From positions 12,090,001-12,154,000 of the forward strand of contig OU015568.1 of the NCBI GenBank assembly GCA_907165135.1: a DNA stretch of 64,000 nt. Direction: 5' to 3'. The notes under the pieces are model-generated. The model was not told the DNA's origin, made no database searches, and saw only the letters and a list, made by a program, of their open reading frames with translations. This DNA is from Oikopleura dioica (taxonomy: Eukaryota; Animalia; Chordata). Shown here piece after piece: positions 50,203 to 62,399 of this stretch (the first letter of the stretch is position 1; each line of letters opens with the position of its first letter). Position numbers and translations under genes: made by a program.

Positions 50203-51688
50203 ATGGACAGGGGTACATGGAACAAACGCGTTCGATATCAAGGAGGACCTAACGTAAGTGTACTCTGAATTTTTTTTTGCACAATACCATTTATTAGCGG
50301 TCTCAGCCGAGTAGTTCCACTACAAGGCCGCTGGTCAATACCGCCGGTCCAAGCAGACCGTCGTCTCACACAACACCCGGATCAAGTACCGCCACCGCGC
50401 CGCCCCAACGCCGAGTCCCTCCAGCAAGTGCCCGGCCTTTTGTTCCAAAAGATAGACCCCGACAATGGGCAAGCTCGATTCGCTCCGAAGCTGGATCCGC
50501 TGCTTCCTCAAGTAATTCTGATACACTGATTCCAAAGCAAGCTCCCTTGTCGAAAGCTGCTCAAATCAGAAAGTTCCTGGAGTCGCGAGGAATCATTATC
50601 GAAAATACGAGAAAATCACTTGGAGAGGGTTCTTTTAGCAAGGTAATATTGAAAACAAGAATCCTTCCGTTTACACAAAATTTAGGTCTACAAAGCTGTC
50701 CGTAATCGTACCAGCGAAATGGGCGATGTCAAAACTCCCGTAGCCGTCAAGATCATCGGTAAGGCATAACAAACTGTTCAAATCTTAACCGATTTTAGAT
50801 CGAGCAAATCTAGCTGAAAACATGCGAGAACACTTTCTCCCGCGCGAGCTTGAGATCATTCGCGCTGTCCGCCACTCGAACATATGCCGCTTACATTTCA
50901 TCATGAGCATGACTGACAAAAACACCGATAAAATTTTTATCGTAAGTACCCAACTCTTGATTATTCTCTGATAGCGCTTTCAGATATCAGACTTATACGG
51001 TGGCGGTGACCTCCTTGACTATATAATGGCCAAGGGGAAGTTCAGTGAGCCGAGATGCAGAAAGCTTTTCAAGGACATAACGAGAGCAGTTGCTTACTTG
51101 CACAAGAATGGAATCGCACATCGAGATCTCAAAGGCGAAAACGTTCTTCTCAGATTCAACGAAAAGGTAAACGATAGTGGCCGACAAAAAATCATATATT
51201 TTCTAGGAGAAACCTGACAAAGCAGTAATTACTGACTTTGGCTTCGCGCGACGTGTGGATCCCCAAACACGCTCATCAACCTTCTGTGGTTCCACAGCAT
51301 ACGTGCCTCCGGAAATTCTGGAGAACACGCCCTACCATCCCTTTATCTCAGACTGCTGGAGCCTGGGCGTCATTTTGTACATTATGATCTGCGCGTTTAT
51401 GCCCTACGACACGAAGGATACACGAAAAATGATCAAGTGCCAACGCGGAAAGATGAACTTCTATCACATGCAGGGACAGATCATGCCCGTCATTGAAAAT
51501 CTCATCTGGTAAGGAACTTTGGGAAAGAAAAAAATTCATAAAAACTAAGCCGACTGATGAACCCAGACATCAATACGCGAATCACCGCTGAAAAAGCTCT
51601 TGAATCGCCCTGGCTGAACGGAGTCCGGCCCCCACGAGCGAAACGCCCAAGAATTGAAAATGCAACCAATAACATTCAAATTGGTTAA
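50203..51688 (+). CDS. TSSK: Ser/Thr protein kinase, TSSK (testis-specific kinase)-like
   Basis: GEGSFSKV, VAVKII, FLPRELEI, HRDLKGENVLL, TDFGFAR, TFCGSTAYVPPEIL, SDCWSLGVILYIM; FLPRELEI and TFCGS are TSSK-like features. Confidence 0.8.
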
Positions 51689-52078
51689 ATAACCCTTCCT
51701 ATCATTCTTTCACTCTATTTTTCATTCTATATCTTCAATTCTGTACTCGATTCTATTTTCATATTTACCTCAATTCTATTCTGATGGACGATGTTCTTCA
51801 TGAATCTTCTTCGTAATATATTCTAAAAAATAAAGTTTCAATTCATTTGATCCGCGCGTTTTGTGTTGATTTTTGCAATGGAGAGGAAATGCAACTGAAT
51901 TTAGTGCAAGCAGGCTTTAGAAAATGAGACCTTACATCCGGATGAGTCATGTGTTGAAGACATAGAAGACTCACACGAATAGTTAGTCCGGGAATGTTAT
52001 CGTAAATGAGGAATTTCTTTATTCACAAAATTAAGGAGACATGTAATTGGGCAGTTGAAGATTTTTGTTTCAATGAAC

Positions 52079-53289
52079 TTATAAATGATGGTCAGTGTCA
52101 GGAAGACGGAACTCAGAGAGAACTTTACTTTCAATTTTCTTGCAGCCAAAAGCCGAGAAGATCGGCGTATCTTCAGGGAAGAAGATTACTTCTTTCTCAA
52201 TTACGTCGATCATTTCGTCGAGGTCGTCGTACCCGAGCATAGAAGGGTTGCCGCCTTTGTTCAGGTAGTTAGAGTAGATGGAGTCAGCGATGCATTTTCG
52301 CACGTGTTTTCGTTCCAAAGGCAGAAGTGGAAGGTGGTAGTCAATTAAGCCTCGTTTAACAAGAAGAGAATCGTGCATCTGTAAGAGGATAAACAAAGAT
52401 TCAACGATTAACATCTAGAATCGCTATTTTAAATTGTTTCATCCTTTCATCGATCCATCTTCGCTCAAAATATACGGCATAAGAACCTCGTCCGCTCTGC
52501 GCAAGCTGATCGTTTCGCGATCCTCTCCATTCTCGTATAAATCTTGCGCCCAGTCGACCACTGGCTCATCGCCTTCGTACAGAAAAACGAAGATACTTCT
52601 TCCGATTTTCTTCGCCGCAGGACTTCCGTGCGCCATGAAGTGCATCAATCCGTCTAGAAGTCCTGGCGGAAATCGACGCGCTTCATCGAAAACGAACAAA
52701 TTTTCGCCGCATAAAGTCGAGTTCCCTAAGCATCTCTTTACTCATCCTGATAAAAATAAAAAGCTACCTTCGATCCATGATTGCATGTCTGCAATATGCA
52801 ATTTCAAATTGTCCTCACTCGTGAAATGATACGCGCTCGTCATATAATGAACAAAAACCGATTTCGTTCCAGCAGTAAACATCGAGTTCGCCAGTGTTCT
52901 GGTTATATAATTCTTTCCTACTCCTGTTGGTCCGTGAAGCATCATTACTAGTGGCTTGTCGTACTCTTTTTGAGGGTCACTCCAGCGATTTCCAATAGCG
53001 TTTAGCAAAATTCGCGTGGCGAAAGGCTGCCCATAAATGCTATCTCTGAGATTTTCGCGGAGCTCAGTCTTATTTCGCTTTATCCACCTTAACGTCTTCT
53101 TAAATTCTGTTCACTGTCATTTTTTCACCTATCGTTGCAACACTCATAAGATGTACACTCCATGTACTCGTATAAAAGAAGACCAGCAGGAGCCAGCGCG
53201 GCTACTCCAAATTTTACCGCGAAAGGAATAGCCGGCAATAGCGCCGAACAAAACCCTAATAATCCCAAAATAACCGCTCCGATTTTCAT
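52079..53289 (-). CDS. TOR1: Torsin-family ER AAA+ ATPase
   Basis: KPLVMMLHGPTGVGKNY (torsin-type Walker A ending KN), FVFDEA, IDYHLPLLPLERKHVRKCI, FSAFGCKKI; signal-like N-terminus. Confidence 0.92.
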
Positions 53290-53533
53290 TCTATAAATTT
53301 CAATGAAAATAGCAAATTATAATCAGGCGAGTAATTGATTATCAGTAGTAATCAGAATATTAGTTAGAAATTGATGGTTTGACTCTCTTTTTTCTCTCGA
53401 TCTATGCAGCAAGTTGAGTGAGCGGTCGGCGCGGAGAAAAAGCAAGGGCCGTTTGACCGGTACTCCTATTGGGTAACGGCACGAACGGTTGGAGAGGTTA
53501 CACAGGTCAAAAACAAGATCGAACCATCAAAAT

Positions 53534-53895
53534 CTAGGAGGCTTGGCCCTGTTTCTTTTCCCATTGCGCAGGTGTGTATGATTTTTGGGAGAAGGCATGG
53601 AGACGAGCAATCTGCTCGGAGAGAGCTTCATTGACGATCTTATGCTTTTCTAGGGTTTTCTTTCCTTCGAAGATATCCTAAAAATAATTAATATTAAGCA
53701 TGGCGGTGGAGATATCTACAGAAACAATGATGACTTGATAAGATGTTCCACATGTTCCCAGATCATCCACTTCGCAATGGACAGGATTGAACTTTTCCAT
53801 GATCACTTTTCTCATATCATCTGAACTAAACATCAATAGAAGGCTCTTCTTCGAGAAAAAAACCTTGAGTTATCTCTGTCTCCACGGCGCCACAT
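53534..53895 (-). CDS. BOLA2: BolA-like protein 2
   Basis: Spliced MRKVIMEKFNPVHCEVDDLGTCGTSYQVIIVS|DIFEGKKTLEKHKIVNEALSEQIARLHAFSQKSYTPAQW matches the BOLA2 pattern. The start may be the internal ATG near 53815. Confidence 0.88.
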
Positions 53896-54093
53896 GATTT
53901 CGTCGCACACTTTTCGCTCATTCTTAGATAGAATGTGTCAACTTAAAAGTTTGTTACTTGTATTTTACTTCGGTGAGGAGACAATTACACTAAATGTTTT
54001 AAAAAAGGAAGATTGCACGGACAAATTCATAAAATCAAAGTCATTGTTAGCAAGAAACTATCAGCTACTATTGAACTCAAAAGAGTGCGAAAT

Positions 54094-56017
54094 CTACTTG
54101 GCGCCCCATCCGAGCCAGCCGCCAAGTCTTCCTGTGATTCCTTTAGCTTCGGCGGACTGTTTCTTCTCCACTTTATCTTCGAGATTCGGGAAGTCAAAGA
54201 CTAAATTGACGGTGAGACGCATTCTAGAGGTAAAAGAAGCGAACCTTTGTCTCCGGCGATGTCAAAAAGTGTCGCTTTCGCGGGAATCGGCTTCAACGCA
54301 GGAGGGAATTCAATTGTCCCGAATTGAGCGCCGAAATCGCTGAGATTCTTGAGCACGTTTTCTTTGTCGAATGAGCTGTCTGAAATTTTTCGGTGAGGGG
54401 AGAAGGCTCCTGTTCCCGAATACCTTTTTGAGTAGACTGAGTTGCGGGGAGTACAAGCGCAGCTTGAATTGAAGAAGAGAATGATTGAACTTGAGAGGAG
54501 ATCGATGAGTGAAGAGTTCTGGTTGCTTCGCGTTTCGGCTCCGACGCTTCAAGACATTGACGAGCTTTGAGAGTCAATGCGCCTGCTTCTTTTAGTTTTC
54601 CCATTTCAAACGCCTTTCAAAATCGTTGAGCATCCGTGATCTACTTAAGATTTTACCTGTTGGGATTGGTAGTATCTACAGGCAGCCAAATACGTGTTCT
54701 TTTCTGAGTCGAGCTCATCTCCAAGCTCAGAGTTATCAGCTTCGTAGCATTTCTTGATGAATTCAGAAATATACTGGACAGTTTGCTCGTAAACACGAGA
54801 GAGCTCGTTCATTTTCGATGCGTTTGAGGCAATGATTCCATATCGACCTGAAACATGTTAAAAAGAGTGCGTCGAAAAACGCCTTACCGAGTGTAACTTC
54901 CAACTTGATATGGTTCAAATAAAGGAAAAGATCATTCTGCGGTGTCTGACCCTTTTCAATTACAGTTCTATGAGCAGCATCAAGTCTAAGCTCCCCTTTG
55001 ACTGTGTCGATCGCTTCTCCAGCTTCCATCAGCATTTCTACGTATTTATCCTGAAGCTCTTCCGCAGCAATATCGCCGATCCCATCCATGAACTCGCGAT
55101 AATTGAGCAAAAAGACCCGGACGGACTCGTTTTTCACTGCAATCTTTCTTCCACGCCACTCGGTTACGTTCAAATTTTCCGATTCTTCTATTTTCAACTT
55201 GGCCAAGTGCTCCGAAACTTTTCCATCGATCAGCTGGTTGCCTTTGCCGATAAAGTCCTGCATCTTTGCTCCATCGGATGACTCGTTCAAATTGTACTGG
55301 CAGTAGCGGAGAGAAGGCTCGATCTCTTGCGACGCCTTGGAGTACACTTCTGCTTCATCAGCTGCTAAAGTTCCAGCGAGAGAATTGTAAATCGTTTGCG
55401 CGGATTTGAACTTGGCAAAGCAGACAGGCCAGTCTTGCTGCTCGAACGCCCAAGTGGCGGTGATAAATGCACAGTAAGCTTGGACTTCGAGTGTTGTTCG
55501 CGAGTCGCATTGATCAGCAATAGATTCGAGGAGGGATGTAAGTTCGTTAGCTTTCTTGGAAGCTTTTCGGAGCTTGTTGCGCATGTGATGCCGAGAGCGA
55601 GCTCCGTCGTCGTGCTAGAAAAAAAAGGTGTAAAAATTCATGACTGCTGTTCGTTTACCTTGAGCTCCATCGAGTAGGCCCAATCCTGCTCGATTCCCAT
55701 GATGCATAAGTGGACGAAAAGAGCATTCTGCTTCGCTTCATATTCAGTGACTTTTCGAGGCACAACGCGTTTCTTTTCGCCCTGGCGAAATTTCAGAAAC
55801 TTGCGAATTCGTCGGCAACGGTTGTTGCAGTAACGACGGTAGCGCTGATAATCGCGGTGACGGAGACCATGTTCTTGCTGAGCGGCTTTGAGCATTTGGA
55901 GGACTAGCGGTAATTTATCAGCGAGAGAACAAAATTTAAGAAGTTACCTGGAATATTGTAGAGTTGAATTTCCTCAGCTTCTGCATCTTCAACGACTTGC
56001 ACCTTCTCCGCTGTCAT
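54094..56017 (-). CDS. SRP68: Signal recognition particle subunit SRP68
   Basis: LKAAQQEHGLRHRDYQRYRRYC..RRIRKFLKF, LEVQAYCAF, IEPSLRYCQYN, C-terminal GITGRLGGWLGWG. Confidence 0.93.
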
Positions 56018-56185
56018 TCTAAAGGACAGAGATAAGGATTTTTCAGCAGATTTACCGATAGATCCTCAAGTTCGAGCGTAATCTTTCCCGTTATCGCGAA
56101 CGGTTTTGATAAAATCTAAGGCGCCCTTGAGTTCGGTGGCAGAGTAAGTTCGAAAATTTGTTTCAATCATTACTGAGCATTAAAA

Positions 56186-56785
56186 ATGAATTACGGAGCA
56201 TTAAAAAGAGACTCGAGAAGCCGAAAAGAGTACAGTATGATCTTGAAGATGCAAGCTCTTTTGGCCGAGCTCGGCCAGAATCGTCAAAATGGAGATGTTT
56301 TCTACTTCTCCAGAGATTATCCCGGATTCCGAAGATATGCTCGAAAAGAAAACGACGTTTCGATTTTGATGACAGACTACGTATTTGCTGCTAAATTTCT
56401 CTCAATTTTGTACAGAAAACAAAGTCCACCCGCTATTGGAACGAGGTTCATCACTGACAACCGGATGAAAATCTTTATAAAACACCTTGAACAGCTCAAG
56501 AAAATTTCGACTATTATCGGCCGAAGCAAAGAAAAACTCCAAAATTTTGGCGAAAAAGTGGAAAATTTGATCAAAACCAAGTTGCCCAAAGAAAGCACTA
56601 AAATTTGCCCAATTTGCTTAGCGACCTACGATAGTGAAAATAAGCAGCATTTCTGCTTGTCATCTTGTGGTCATCTCTTTTATACTCCGTGCTTCAACAG
56701 GCTGGAAACTCTGAGGCGACCGATTGGCAAGAAAGATGTTACAAAAAGAAATAGTGTCAAACCTTATCTTGAAACTCATTTCTAA
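56186..56785 (+). pseudogene. Intronless ORF with degenerate RING finger
   Basis: CPICLATY...SCGHLFYTPCF..LRRPIGKKD: the CxxC after CGH is YxxC and the final CPxC pair is missing. Confidence 0.5.
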
Positions 56786-57189
56786 AAGCTCAGGTATTTT
56801 TCGTATAAAATCAGTGAATTAATTCGTAAAATTAAGTATGCGAGTCAACTTCAAATCGTCTCACCAGAAATGGATTTTCAATCGACATGGCATAGACTGC
56901 ACATAAATACCCTCCTGTAAAAATTTATTTAACTTAAAAATGTACATTTTCTATCTAAACATTGTGAATATTACTGTTTTGTATATCCTTCTAAATGTAA
57001 CCGAAATAATATATGACATGTCCACTTGATAAGTTGTTTTGGCACTTATTCGTAAAAAAGGGGTCAATTTCAATAAATATTAATTTATTTGAATGAAGGC
57101 ACACGCTTGTTTTTTGTAGCAGCAATTATACAAAAAAGAAAAGCTTGAAACTGATAACTGAAGGTTTTTGAAGTTAAAGATGAACGTAA

Positions 57190-60100
57190 TTGAAGAATAA
57201 GGATTTGAGCAGTGAGAAGTGCGTCTGTTGGAGGCCAGATAAATTTGGAGATACTTTGAAGTCGGGTATTTCTCGTAGCTCTTCGAGTTTTGAATTGAAA
57301 ATATCGTAAGATAATAGAAGACTGTCCCCTCCCCAGCGAGGCGTTCCGAGGAAGTTTAGGGTAGGAGTTTTCGCATTGCTAGAATGTCTTTTATTTACGA
57401 TTCGGACTTGAAACTTACCTTAGACTTGGAAAGACAAATGCTTCAAGAGGGAATGTAACTTGCTTCAAAAAAGCATATTCTGCGAGTAAGCAAACATCCG
57501 TCTTAGAGACACAATCCTGTGACGATTCTTGAGATGTAGCCAAGGGTTGAGGGAAGAATTTCGAGGCTCTTTTCATTTTTCCATTTTCTCTCGTAATCGG
57601 CAAGTTTCCAGTCAGCACCAATTGCTCCAAGCTGAGGTCAAGCTTTGTCGCCGTTGAGATTGAGAATAAACTGCTGTCACTTCTGTTCGAATAGAGGTTT
57701 AAACCTTGTTGGACGTCGGAGAATGTTTGGAATGATAATTTCATCGTTTGTGGCAAGATTCGCGAGGTCATCCTTTTTGTGCGTTCCAAGTGGTACAAGT
57801 GTGATCAACTCGTCTGGTTCCAGGGATGAGATTTTGCAAGCGTTTCGATGTGGATATTTCCCGCCAATTACGAGCAAGTAGAGGGCATCTGAACTGATAT
57901 GTGTGCGTATGGTTCTTTGGCGCCTCTCAACCGATTTTCGCGAAAAGAGATCCACCAGGCACAAGTTCGCGCCCGTGTGATGCTCTGCTCTGATAATTGG
58001 ACAGCTGAAGTGCTCCCAGCTGTCTGAGTTCTTGCTGTGTCGGCAACTGTAGAAGTCAGAAATATATTCATTCCAATCGATTTTAGAACATGAGAAGCGG
58101 ATAAAGTCCATACCCTTGGCTGGCCCTTCCTCACCCGCGGAGTACTTGCCGTAACCGCCAATGATGTAGATAAAATCTCCGGCGCTCTGGAGTTAGGTGG
58201 CGAATTTGTTCAAGGTTTGAACAAAATTATCTTCATAAACGAGCAATCGAAAATATTGCCACCTTTCCTGATGATGAACTGTTTGAACTCCCGCATTCCA
58301 CACCCTTCTTGGCAAAGCAGGGAGCGAAAACCACACAGCATACGTAACAGAATATGCCCAAACTGACTTTTTGAGCTCTCCTCCGAAAAATATCAGCATG
58401 GTCCCGAAATCTGACTGTAAAGGCACCATATGGCCAGCATCGCCGGGAAAGTTCATGTCGGGAATTTCAGTAATGAAGTTGAAATCTTGGTAATAAGGGC
58501 TTTGTTGATAGATACACGGCTTGTTTATTGAATTTCGCGCGACCAAAAAGATTTTTTCGGGAAATCGCGGGTTCGATCTGAAACCATTCTCACCAGAAAA
58601 GAGTGCATCCCAGCACTTCACCGTTTCAAGACCAAGTTCATCCATGAGCCAGGACCAGTGCTCATCATTTTTCCAATTTTTCGGGGGCGTTTCAGTCACA
58701 TAAGTCGACATTGACGTGACAAGGCGTGAGTAGTTCTCGTCGTCGTCACTCATATTTGCGTCAAGCCACTTTTTAACGCCGGAAATGATCGCACGGTCGT
58801 CAAGAATATAGAGGGTAGTCCTTCTAATGATCCTGCGGAGAAGAGTCTCGCTCAGCTGCACCCATAAACGAGATTCGATTGCTGAGGTGAAATGAACATC
58901 TATGAAGTCGTAGAGGCGATCAGTGTTGAATACGGGCAGTTCGAAGATTTCCTTCATGCCGATAATATATAGGGCAAAGTCAGGATCGGTTTCGTTTTCG
59001 CAAAAGGTCTCAATTACTTTTTCCATAACCCTCGGCTCCAGTAGAAATACTCCAAGACTAAAGACCTGTAGATAATCATGAATCGTTTCTGGAATGCGAC
59101 CTTCTTTTATGTCAACAGCTACTTTGACCGCCTGGCTGTCAAAAAGTGGCAGTTCGACTTCCGTTTCGTTCCAACATCTCCTTGCCCAATTGAAATATTG
59201 AATTCCAGTGAGCGATTCATTCGGCAGCGATAAAACGCAATCGGAACAAATGACAAACGTGGTTTGGACTTCCCCCTCTACGTCTTCGTAAATATCGGAA
59301 ACGCAATCAGAGAAGGTATCTCCGTCTGAGTCATATTCTAGCAACTGTTTCTTTTCAACTTCTTCAACCCTGTCGATGTGTCTATAAATTCGTTCGTTAA
59401 CTTTCGCGACATTAGAGATATCCTCATTGTTGATTTCAACATAAAGGATGCCTGCTTCATTTTCATTCCTCTCTCCTCTCTTTTCCTCAAGTGCTGGAGT
59501 CGGACAGTAGTAATTTTCATAATTCAACGGCCAAACAGCAAACGAGCCATTCATTGACTCATCGAACGCGCACCACCAGGTTCCGATCAGCACGGCGCCT
59601 CGAAAACTTCCCTTATACTCGATGGTAAGGCCTGTGCTGAGGTAGTTTTGCGAGAAACGGAAGTTTTCACGTCGGAAGGCAGTGCGAGGGTGTATTGAGA
59701 ACGGCTGGTCTGCATCAATTCCCAGGCCGATTACTGAAGGGATGAACTGGAATCTAAAACCAACGGTTGAAAGATAGAACTTCAAGTGAGTTTACCTGGC
59801 TTTTATCTCTGAGTGCCCAACATCAATCATTTCTCCATTATCCAACGACCTACCAAGCGCAAATCCCTTGTATTCAATAAAATCCTGATAAGCAAGCAGC
59901 GCCATTTCAAATGGAACGAAAAACGCTTTTGGCGGAATTTCAAGCGCCGCTGATTTCACTTCATTTTTACACAAACTTCTAAAGCCAGGGAGCATTCGTG
60001 TTCGATAAGCAGCAATGATATTGATGACGTTGAGGTCGTAGTTTTTCAGATTATAGTTGAGGAGGAAATTAAGGGTGTCTTTCACTTCGGTTGGCAGCGA

Positions 60101-60889
60101 AAATAGTCTTTTTACTTCTGCCTTGACTTTTTCAACAGCAGCATCAGGTGGAATAGCGGGATCGAGAAGCTTGTCTACTAATTTTCCAGCGGCTAAAAGA
60201 GAATTAAGTCGAAAGAAATAAGCTTTTCCAAACCTAAATTAGATCTTTTTAAAAATTCGAATCGTTTTCCAAAATACTCCAATACTGTCAACATAAACGC
60301 GTCGTGTCCGTAATCATAGCTCGTTTTAGCCGGCTCATTTGGATCTGGCAGCTTTTTCCTCACAGACAGAATCAAGGTGCTCATTTTGATAAAGTAATCT
60401 GCCGGGTCGTCCATGGTCAGCATCATTCGCTGCTCATATCTGTTCGCTTCTCGTCGAGGAAACTTTGTTCCGATGCATGAGAGGAGATAAGAGAGCTCAT
60501 TTTTAAATCGGTCTCGGATCCCAGAGTCGATTGATTGCCGCATTCTAGGTGAAGAAATACCATTCCATGAGAAAATGACACTGAGGTTCTTGATCTAACA
60601 AGAACTCATAAGGACAGAATTCGTATTTGAACAAGAGGCAAATTCCCTGTCAATCAGGATTACAGTCTTAAGCTCTTTGCTCGTACGAACTTGAGAAGTT
60701 TCTCAAGAAGCTGTAAATCAACAAATAATTCTGGAAGTTCCAACTTTTGAAGCATCTTTCCCAACCCTTTTCGCAGTCAATAAAAATCGAAAAGCCAGTT
60801 CTATCGGTATCGAAGAAACAGTACACTAAGCGGAAAGTAGGTTTATTTGATCGGCAGCCGTCGTAATTCGACAAGATTGGCAAAGTCAC
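57190..60889 (-). CDS. Divergent BTB-BACK-Kelch (KLHL-like) protein with long N-terminal extension; ends approximate
   Basis: ORF 58193..59785: BTB-like (QYF..WNETEVELPLFDSQAV..VD), BACK-like (FIDVHF..LSETLLRRII..AIISGVKKWL), Kelch-like GG repeats (LIFFGG, YIIGG, LLVIGG). Confidence 0.7.
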
Positions 60890-61827
60890 CGCGTTGTTAG
60901 TTTAATACCTACTACCTTTCTTCTATTCCGGAAGTTGCAAAAAAGCGCAGCCACCAAAGATCGCGCGTGAGTTGAAAGGTAGCTCAAACTTCACTCAGTG
61001 CGCTCCAGTCGTATTTGGTGTTCACACGTCGCGCACGCGTTTTTTACTTTTTTCAAAATTACACTTCCTCAAAACACAACCGTGCCATAATTTTCAGAGC
61101 TTTTTACGAAACAGAGTCACATCATACACTGGTAAGAGCTTTCAGAGAAACCCCAACCGATAGATACCTAACCCTTTAATCTAATCTCGGACTTATATCG
61201 TGAAAAGGCTCCTTTACAATCGTAAACCCTCCACCTGATGATATTCCAAGCAAGAAAACTATTGTACAGCAAATACAGCACTTCAAAGAAAATGAATTTT
61301 GTAGAAAAAAAAGGAAAATCAATAAAGTCCGACTGCAATTAGAACAGTCGTCTCTAAATTAAAAAGAAAACACGGCCCGTCCATAAAGTAAATCAAAGAT
61401 AATTAGCCCTGCAAGTGATTAAATCACTCCTTCAGACAAACCTGGACTTATAATTATCCCTCAATTTATAGGGCCATTTGAAGATGAATCTTTCTGGAAT
61501 TCGCATTTTGAGAAAGTAGACGGTTTTTCCTGATTTTGAGCGGCAACTACGCTTGAATCAGTCCCTGTTATTGTTTCCGAAATATCTTAGATGCACCTGT
61601 CAAGACATATCAAATGGATATGCAGTTTAAAGTGCTTATGCTTATCGCTTGATTGCTCCGATCAAAATAAGCAGAATCTAATGCGCGTGTTGAGTGTGTG
61701 TTCCAGACGAGAAATTACTCCTTTCCTCCCCTTTATTTTCATTCATTTTCAATTTAGAGAGAAAATTGAACGGAGCGAAAAAACGAGTTTTTCATACGAG
61801 AAGAAAGAAAGGAAACAGTTGAAATCA

Positions 61828-62010
61828 TGGAAGAGAACGACTTTCAAATCGACTCGCTTACAGCCCTTGAAAATTTGGTTCAAGAAGTTGGGTAAGATTC
61901 TGGATCAAAATTTGCTCAGGGCTAATCTCCTTTCTTCAGTAAGGACCAAAATCATCCCTGGCACAAGATCGAGGAGGTGTTTGAAGACTTCCCAGATTAC
62001 TAGGCTCAGT
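61828..62010 (+). CDS. Possible small acidic spliced ORF (MEENDFQIDSLTALENLVQEVG|KDQNHPWHKIEEVFEDFPDY)
   Basis: An in-frame GT-AG intron starting at 61892 joins two open exons; no family recognised. Confidence 0.25.
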
Positions 62011-62399
62011 TAACTGATCTAATCGTGATCTTCATTCTTGGGGCTCAAGAAAGATTGAAGATGCAAATTCTCTCGATGAAAAAATAAAATAACTCTCTGC
62101 TCAAGCGTACCTCAATCATTCCCTCCCTATAATTGTAAATCTACTGTATTCACCCCGAGAAAAATAAAAACAAAACTGTTCACGTTCTTGTTCGTTCTCG
62201 AGTTTATGAATTGCACCTTTTTTGGAAACAAGGGAAAAATGAATAAATTATCACAAGAATGAGCAGTAAGGTAAGATACAGTTACAGTAACGAAAGGAGA
62301 ATTTGTTCACAATGTTGTAGGCTGCGGCATTTGAAAAATTTTCTGCGTGTCGTAAGGTAAACAATCTAGCATAATAGTGAATGATTTTAGATCACTAAA

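Noticed and set aside
44468-51688. Operon of CAP, M13 peptidase and TSSK genes
   Set aside because: Co-oriented with short gaps, but I could not identify clear acceptor-before-ATG signals, and the predicted functions are unrelated.
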